A stretch of 64,000 nucleotides of DNA. Source: Candidatus Lindowbacteria bacterium RIFCSPLOWO2_12_FULL_62_27 (GTDB taxonomy: Bacteria; Lindowbacteria; 2-12-FULL-62-27). Of the stretch, positions 58,221-64,000 are shown piece by piece. Made by a program: the position numbers and the translations under genes. The stretch spans positions 263,614 through 327,613 of the forward strand of contig MFPR01000028.1 of assembly GCA_001784175.1 (NCBI GenBank), read 5' to 3'. The notes beneath the pieces were generated by a model. That model was not told where the DNA came from, searched no databases, and saw nothing but the letters and a program-made list of their open reading frames with translations. Position 1 is the stretch's first letter, and each line of letters begins with the position of its first letter.

Positions 58221-59966
58221 CTACCCGCCCATTACCCCAAGAATGGGCACAGAGCCTCTACCCATGAAATTCGCCCCGCGCGGATAGACGGCCATCGCCT
58301 CCTGCCGTCGTCCTTCCCGATGGAGGCTGTGCGCCAGAAGGTAATTCAACATGGAGTTGCGCGGGGAGTCGGGATATCTGTTTTGGTAATCTCTTGCCTG
58401 CGGAATGAAGGTGTCATCGTCATTCAGATAATAGAGGTTGAGGAGGCTGAAGTAATCTCTTTCTTCTGGAAAGAGAACACCGGCATGTTTTGATTGTTTC
58501 AGCGAATCGAACAACCTCTGAGCCTCGTCATAGCGGCCCACGATCTGCTTCAGGCGGACGTCTCGAAGGATCTCAAGAAACGGAGCATGGCGTTTTTTGA
58601 GAAGGCGCTGCATATCGGCGTAGTAGTAGCCTCTTAACCAAAACGGAAGCTCCCAGCCTTTGATGTAGATGTTGAACGTCGGGATCGCGACGGTGGTCGC
58701 CATTGATATCTTATGCAGGATGCTCTGGGTTGTCTGCTCAATGTCGGCCTCCGGGGCGCCCGGCTTGGCCAGGTCGGCGACGGTCTGCCGGACGGAATTC
58801 CCGATGTCAAAAAACATGAGTTGGTCCGGGATGTACATCCGGCAGATCATTTCAGCCAATTTCATCACCGGCAGGAGAGACCGGATGCCGACCGAATTCA
58901 TCATCAGGAAGGCGTTTCTAAACTTCTCGTCGGTCAGAGACAGGTCGGCCACGCTTTTCGGGTAGATGATGTTGCTGAAGGGATCGACCGCCAGCCACCG
59001 GTGGTTGACGCGGATCTGCGAGATGGTGTGGAATGAGACGAACTTCGTTCTGCCCAACGGGTCCGGTCTGTTTAAATACACAACCTGCCCGTCGAGGCCG
59101 GCATGACGGGCCAAGACCGCCAAAACAAAGGCGCTGCGATCGCAGTCGCCCATGCCTCTTAACATGAGTTCGAGCGGGTTGTCGTTCCAGTCTTTGAGGA
59201 ATTCGTTGTCAGGCGCCGCCCGCTCAAAATGGTTGGACACGTTGACAAAAACCCAGTCCATGAGCGCCTCGAGTTTCTCAACGTCCGTCCGGTGGCCGCC
59301 GCCCGCCTGCGCGCGCGCGACGTCCTGGTAGATCAGACTGCGCGTGACATGCCGAACGGCGCCGGGCGAGAGCCGATCCGCAAGGATGTCGGTTTCAGAA
59401 AATTGGAATGCCTTTTCCCTTGCCTTTTCAAAGTCGAATATCTCCTTGGAATCGGGATAGAGCGACTGCGCGGCCACGGTCATATTTTTGATGGCGGAGT
59501 CCTGATTGGGCGTATATCGGGAATAGGTCGCGAACTTCACATTGCCGGCCAGCATCCGCGCCGCCCGTTCATTTCCACCATCCGCGATGGAAAGCGTCAT
59601 GGACCCGGACGGTTCCAGCCGGGACACGATATCTATGATGTCGCCGTCTGTACGCAGTTTGACGTGATCGACAACGATGGAAACGTGGCGGGCAATCCAT
59701 TGGGCCCGGTCCTGGTGGGAGAACGCATGGAATTTTTCAGGAGGCAGAACAAACCGGATTCGATTGCCCTCGAATTCGACGTCCCCGACCCTTTGGACGG
59801 GCTCGCGGGGGCCGGTCCACTCCGCTTTTGTCTCCGTCACGGGAGGTTCCGGCCGTTTGGCGGGCCAGAGCCAGAAGAGGAACCAGACGAGAAGGCCGCC
59901 ACCCAGCAACGGCCAGAAGGACTTGAGGAGGCGATAAACGGATGCGGAAACGGTTCCGGCTCCCAT
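58221..59966 (-). CDS. Membrane-anchored transglutaminase-like protein with TPR-like tail
   Basis: GMGDCD.SA (Cys), HTISQ (His), WLAVDP (Asp); N-terminal TM segment. Confidence 0.7.
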   Translation of the reverse strand: MGAGTVSASVYRLLKSFWPLLGGGLLVWFLFWLWPAKRPEPPVTETKAEWTGPREPVQRVGDVEFEGNRIRFVLPPEKFHAFSHQDRAQWIARHVSIVVDHVKLRTDGDIIDIVSRLEPSGSMTLSIADGGNERAARMLAGNVKFATYSRYTPNQDSAIKNMTVAAQSLYPDSKEIFDFEKAREKAFQFSETDILADRLSPGAVRHVTRSLIYQDVARAQAGGGHRTDVEKLEALMDWVFVNVSNHFERAAPDNEFLKDWNDNPLELMLRGMGDCDRSAFVLAVLARHAGLDGQVVYLNRPDPLGRTKFVSFHTISQIRVNHRWLAVDPFSNIIYPKSVADLSLTDEKFRNAFLMMNSVGIRSLLPVMKLAEMICRMYIPDQLMFFDIGNSVRQTVADLAKPGAPEADIEQTTQSILHKISMATTVAIPTFNIYIKGWELPFWLRGYYYADMQRLLKKRHAPFLEILRDVRLKQIVGRYDEAQRLFDSLKQSKHAGVLFPEERDYFSLLNLYYLNDDDTFIPQARDYQNRYPDSPRNSMLNYLLAHSLHREGRRQEAMAVYPRGANFMGRGSVPILGVMGG

Positions 59967-60052
59967 GCGTGCATGAAATCACAAGGGGGAGGCGCGGGTC
60001 AATCCGGATGTTGCTTGTGGGGTTGAATACTGTCAAGATTGTGTATAAGTCA

Positions 60053-60613
60053 ATGACCAGAAAGCACGGGGAATCAAACTTGAAAAATACCAGCGTCATT
60101 TGTCTCGTCCTCGCATTCGGCGTTTCCTGCGCCACGCCGGTGAAACTCGCCGGCAAGGCGGCTTGGTCAGCGGTCAAACTCGGTACCGGGCTTACATGGA
60201 AGATTGTGACAGGGATCGGGAAAATCGGCGCCAAGGAAGCGCTGCATGCGGTGGATCTGACGGCGGACGTGTCGATGACGATGCTGGCCCGGCAGGAGTC
60301 TCAGGCGCTGGTCAAGGCGTTCTGGGATTACATGCGGGGCGGGACGTTTGTGTCGGCGTACGGGCTTCTGTCGGATTCCCTTAAAAAGAATTTTCGGAAA
60401 CGGGACTTTCTTGACTATGCCGGGGACTGGGCCCCCGGCATCGCCGGGGTTGAGGTTCTCGACGCCGATGTCCGGCAGTTCCATGTGGAAATCCCCGCCC
60501 GGCTTCATGTCAATAAAGAAGGTGCGGCGGCGGATGTCCGGGTGGTGATCTACGTGTCAAAAATCCGCGACCGGTGGCGCATCACGGGCTGGGAAGGCAT
60601 GCCTGACCGGTAG
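60053..60613 (+). CDS. Hypothetical lipoprotein
   Basis: Lipobox-like GVSC, NTF2-like tail (AYGLLS...WRI); alternative TTG at 60080. Confidence 0.6.
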   Translation: MTRKHGESNLKNTSVICLVLAFGVSCATPVKLAGKAAWSAVKLGTGLTWKIVTGIGKIGAKEALHAVDLTADVSMTMLARQESQALVKAFWDYMRGGTFVSAYGLLSDSLKKNFRKRDFLDYAGDWAPGIAGVEVLDADVRQFHVEIPARLHVNKEGAAADVRVVIYVSKIRDRWRITGWEGMPDR

Positions 60614-60667
60614 TCCCATTAATTTTAGTCGACCACTTTAGGCATGGTCCCTTTCTCTCGATAAGTC

Positions 60668-60702
60668 ATAGTACCGGGAGCAGTCTCTCCCGGTCGCACT
60701 AT
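60668..60702 (+). promoter_or_regulatory. Hairpin upstream of the histone RBS
   Basis: ATAGT-ACCGGGAG-cagtct-CTCCCGGT-cgc-ACTAT. Confidence 0.5.
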
Positions 60703-60723
60703 CATCCATGAGGAGGGTGAATC

Positions 60724-60903
60724 ATGGCAGAAGTTTTGGTTGTTACCAGCAAGATAAAAAAACTGATCAAGGAACAGGGCATGCGGACCTCGGCGGACGT
60801 CATCGAGGCGCTAAGCCAGATGGTGGAGGCCAAGGCCAAGGAAGCCGTGGAGCGGGCCAAGGCTGCGGGCAAGAAAACGGTTCAGGCGTCCGATCTGGCC
60901 TGA
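60724..60903 (+). CDS. Bacterial histone-fold protein, 59 aa (absent from ORF track)
   Basis: Manual translation: MAEVLVVTSKIKKLIKEQGMRTSADVIEALSQMVEAKAKEAVERAKAAGKKTVQASDLA; RBS GAGGAGG; resembles Bdellovibrio Bd0055 as recalled. Confidence 0.9.
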   Translation: MAEVLVVTSKIKKLIKEQGMRTSADVIEALSQMVEAKAKEAVERAKAAGKKTVQASDLA

Positions 60904-60923
60904 CCGTCCTGCCTGACTGACCG

Positions 60924-61604
60924 GTGGTTTTTTACCAGAGCCGTGAAATCTATCTGACCGTCACGTCGTTTGATCTCCTGGGCACCCTCGCCTTCGCGAT
61001 CTCGGGGGCGCTCCTTGGAAAACAGAAGCAGTACAATTTCTGGGGCGTGCTGACCCTCGCCTTCTGCGCGGCGCTCGGCGGCGGGACGCTCCGGAACATG
61101 ATGGTCAACCTCACGCCCGATGTCCTGTCGCCCGACGGCTGGATGTACATCCTGTGCGTGGTGGCCGCCTCGCTGGTGATTCATCTCGGCGCCGACATTT
61201 TCCAGTTCCGGAGCGGCGCGGTTCAGGTGTCGGCGAACCGACTGCTGGCGCGGGCGGACGCGGTGGGACTGGCGGTGTTCGTGATGATGGGCGCGACGGT
61301 GGCGATGCGGGTGGGCCTGCCGTTTTTCGCGGTACTGGCCTTTTCGGCCCTGAGCGGCGCCGGCGGCGGAGTTATCCGGGACGTGATTGCCGGAGAAAAA
61401 CCGTATGCGTTCCGCGGCGTTCACTACATCACGTGGTGCATCCTCGGCGGCACGGTCGCGGCGCTCCTGAACTTCTGGCGCCCCGCGATCGAGGCCGCGA
61501 CGGGTGTCATGGCCTACAAGGGAATCTTCGCCCTCCTGCCGTCGAGCCTGGTAGTCGTATTGAGATTCCGGGAAATCAACAAGGAATTTCCCCTGCCGGC
61601 CTGA
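60924..61604 (+). CDS. TRIC / UPF0126 (YadS-like) membrane protein
   Basis: GTLAFAISGA, ALGGGTLRN, DAVGLAVF, GGGVIRDV. Confidence 0.85.
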   Translation: MVFYQSREIYLTVTSFDLLGTLAFAISGALLGKQKQYNFWGVLTLAFCAALGGGTLRNMMVNLTPDVLSPDGWMYILCVVAASLVIHLGADIFQFRSGAVQVSANRLLARADAVGLAVFVMMGATVAMRVGLPFFAVLAFSALSGAGGGVIRDVIAGEKPYAFRGVHYITWCILGGTVAALLNFWRPAIEAATGVMAYKGIFALLPSSLVVVLRFREINKEFPLPA

Positions 61605-61607
61605 CGG

Positions 61608-62615
61608 TCAATCCGTCCGTCTTCCTTCCGCGTCAAACGTGTGAATCCGGTCCGCCGGAAAGCGGACATGAAGCGTCCCGGACACCGGCCGGGTCAGCGC
61701 CACGAGCGCGCGGACCTCGACTCCGTCAATGGCCAGCGTCAGCAGCTTCTGCGCGCCCAGCGGTTCAATGAGCCGCAGCGCCATCGGTCGCGTATCGGCG
61801 CCCGGTTGATCCAGAACCTGAACATCCTCCGGCCGGATGCCTGCGGTCTTCACGTGCGGATCGAACCGGCCGATACACGCGGCCTCGAGGAGGTTCATCC
61901 GCGGGCTCCCGATAAATCCGGCGACAAACTCGGTGGCGGGAGATTGATAAAGTTCCAGCGGCGCGCCCATCTGCTCAAGCCCGCCCTGCCGCAGGATCGC
62001 CACGCGGTCCGAAAGCGTCATCGCCTCGATCTGGTCATGCGTGACATAGAGGACGGTTGCCTGGAGGTCGCGAAAGAGAAGCCTGAGTTCCGCGCGCGTT
62101 CGCTCGCGCAGGACCGCGTCCAAGTTGGACAGCGGCTCGTCCAGCAAAAACGCCTTCGGCTGACGCACCAGCGCGCGTGCGAGCGCCACCCGCTGGCGTT
62201 GTCCGCCGGACAAGTGCGCGGGCCGGCGGTCCAGGAGATCCATCAGGCCCAGCCGGGCGGCGGCCGATTCCACCCGCTCGCGGATGGCCGGCGCGGAGAT
62301 ATGCCGGAGTTTCAGCGCGACGGAGATGTTCTCCCGCACGTTCATGTGCGGATAGAGCGCGTAACTCTGAAACACCATGGCGACGTCGCGGTCTTTCGGA
62401 TCGCGGTCGTTGACCGATTCGCCGCCGATCAGGATCTCTCCCGTGTCGGCGGTTTCAAGTCCGGCGATCAAGCGGAGGAGCGTGGATTTCCCGCAGCCGC
62501 TCGGGCCCAGCACCGTGAGAATCTGGCCGTCGGGAACGTCAAGGCTGACGTCCCGGACGACCGGGGTTTTGCCGTCGTAGGATTTGGAAACGTTCCGGAG
62601 CGAGACAGACGCCAT
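61608..62615 (-). CDS. Carbohydrate ABC transporter ATPase (MalK/SugC-like)
   Basis: GPSGCGKST, VFQSYALYPHM, LSGGQRQR, LLDEPLSNLD. Confidence 0.92.
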   Translation of the reverse strand: MASVSLRNVSKSYDGKTPVVRDVSLDVPDGQILTVLGPSGCGKSTLLRLIAGLETADTGEILIGGESVNDRDPKDRDVAMVFQSYALYPHMNVRENISVALKLRHISAPAIRERVESAAARLGLMDLLDRRPAHLSGGQRQRVALARALVRQPKAFLLDEPLSNLDAVLRERTRAELRLLFRDLQATVLYVTHDQIEAMTLSDRVAILRQGGLEQMGAPLELYQSPATEFVAGFIGSPRMNLLEAACIGRFDPHVKTAGIRPEDVQVLDQPGADTRPMALRLIEPLGAQKLLTLAIDGVEVRALVALTRPVSGTLHVRFPADRIHTFDAEGRRTD

Positions 62616-62618
62616 CGA

Positions 62619-63443
62619 TCAGCCCTTCACCGCGCCGGCGGTGAGTCCCTGAATGATCCGGCGCTGAAACGCGAGTACGGCCGCGACCACCGGGAACGTC
62701 GTCAGCACCACGGCGGCCGATATCTGGCCCCACGGAACTTCATAGGCCGTCGCGCCGCTGAGCATCGCGATCCCGACCGGCACGGTCCGGGTCGAGTCCC
62801 GGGTCATCAGGATGAGCGACACAACGAATTCATTCCATGAAAAAATGAACAGGAGGATCGCGGTCGCCGCCAGCGCGGGCGCCGCCAGCGGCAGGACGAT
62901 GGCGCGCAATACGCCCAGCCGCGTGTAGCCGTCGATCCGGCCGGCCTCTTCGAGTTCCACCGGAAGCTGCCGGAAAAACGCGGTGAGCATCCACACGGCG
63001 AACGGCAGATTGAGCGCGGCGTGGATGGAAGCAAGGGCGAGATAGGAATTCGACAACCCCAGCGTCCGCGCCGCCGACGTGAGCGGCGCGAGCAAAACCG
63101 CCGCCGGAATCATGGAAAAGGCCAGCATCCCGAGTTCGAACGTGCGTTTGCCCCGCATCCGGAACCGCGCGATCGCATAGGCCGCCGGCGCGGCGAGGAG
63201 CAGCGCGAGCAGCGTAGATCCGGCCGCCACGATGAGGCTGCTCCGGATGTAGAGTCCGAACGGCCGCTGCTCGAACATGCCGGAGTAATTTTCGATGGAC
63301 CATGCCGCGGGCAGGTAGGTGAGCGGCCGGGAAAAAATTTCCGCATTGGTTTTCACCGACGTGAGCAGCGTCCAGAGGGACGGGGCGAGGCTGAACAGGA
63401 TGAGAGCGCCGAGGCCGATCCCGAACGCCGCTCGTTTGATCAT
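62619..63443 (-). CDS. Carbohydrate ABC permease (MalG-like)
   Basis: ELEEAGRIDG, FIFSWNEF, IIQGLTAGAVKG. Confidence 0.9.
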   Translation of the reverse strand: MIKRAAFGIGLGALILFSLAPSLWTLLTSVKTNAEIFSRPLTYLPAAWSIENYSGMFEQRPFGLYIRSSLIVAAGSTLLALLLAAPAAYAIARFRMRGKRTFELGMLAFSMIPAAVLLAPLTSAARTLGLSNSYLALASIHAALNLPFAVWMLTAFFRQLPVELEEAGRIDGYTRLGVLRAIVLPLAAPALAATAILLFIFSWNEFVVSLILMTRDSTRTVPVGIAMLSGATAYEVPWGQISAAVVLTTFPVVAAVLAFQRRIIQGLTAGAVKG

Positions 63444-64000
63444 GCGCGCCGGTCCTGCATGCCCATCGACAGGACGGCCGCGAGCGCGAAAACGGACAAC
63501 ATGAACGTCACCGTGATGACCGCACCGTAACCGGGGTCCTGGTAACGGAACAGGTTGTCGTAAATGTACAGCGAGACCGTGTACGTGCGTCCCGCCGGCC
63601 CGCCGCCGGTGAGGACCCACACGAGATCGAACACGCCGAGCGCCTGGATGAGCCGGAACGTCAGCGCGAGCGCGATGGCCGGGCGGAGCATCGGCAGCGT
63701 GATCAGCCGGAACCGGCTCCATGCGCCCGCCCCGTCGATCCGGAGGGCTTCGTACAAATCCTTCGGAATCGATTGAAGCCCTGCGAGGAGAATCAGCGTC
63801 ACAAACGGCGTGGTCTTCCACACATCCGCAAGGACGATCGACGCAAACGCCGTCTCCGGGCGGCCCAGCCATGCCACCGGCGCGTCGATCAGGCCCAGCC
63901 GCAAAAGGACGTCGTTGAACACGCCGTACGTGTCGTTCAGGATCCATCGCCAGGACATCGCCATGACGGCGGTCGGCAACGCCCACGGCAGAATCACGAT
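63440..64000 (-). CDS. Carbohydrate ABC permease (MalF-like), 5'-truncated
   Basis: LPWALP, ADVWKTTPF, LYEALRIDGA, TGGGP. Confidence 0.9.
   Translation of the reverse strand: MVILPWALPTAVMAMSWRWILNDTYGVFNDVLLRLGLIDAPVAWLGRPETAFASIVLADVWKTTPFVTLILLAGLQSIPKDLYEALRIDGAGAWSRFRLITLPMLRPAIALALTFRLIQALGVFDLVWVLTGGGPAGRTYTVSLYIYDNLFRYQDPGYGAVITVTFMLSVFALAAVLSMGMQDRRA

Noticed and set aside
60708..60920. 70-aa ORF listed in the track
   Set aside because: Shadow frame of the histone ORF, which has the RBS and family similarity.

Overview
A 64 kb chromosomal window from a GC-rich (sample lines about 60%) bacterium that is probably diderm (LptC-like lipoprotein, outer-membrane barrel). No CRISPR array, rRNA, integrase or transposase was recognised. 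(1) 1-14.3 kb: a translationally coupled surface-protein operon made of the 3' part of a giant modular protein (beta-helix/FN3 repeats, T9SS/FlgD-like tail, very rich in D-T dipeptides), a GxxExxY nuclease-family gene, an AlgE-like barrel, a secreted protein and a FecR-domain protein. Three copies of a CACGAAG/CTTCGTG repeat element sit in frame inside the genes flanking the nuclease. (2) 14-22.6 kb: an NTT-HEAT transporter with a cNMP-binding protein, FNR, an LptC-like protein and a CARDB protein with a 744-bp duplication, behind a sigma54 promoter and a CRP-like site. (3) 22.8-45.5 kb: housekeeping genes (mqnEAC, rsfS, thrC-like, moeB/Z, HAD, glycosyltransferases, bluB, Sel1, NupC, CstA, SDR, YfhO, OCD/AlaDH, RidA, amidotransferase, membrane PPase). 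(4) 45.5-51 kb: a pseudogene remnant, two TA pairs and a DUF1538-PII-PII-DUF1646 operon. (5) 51-64 kb: a trehalose/osmostress cluster (mscS, otsB, tRNA-His, membrane/HAMP-fused otsA, mazEF, treT, DUF5752, sugar ABC genes) plus a 59-aa bacterial histone gene missing from the ORF track. All family calls are by motif recognition only; no searches were run.
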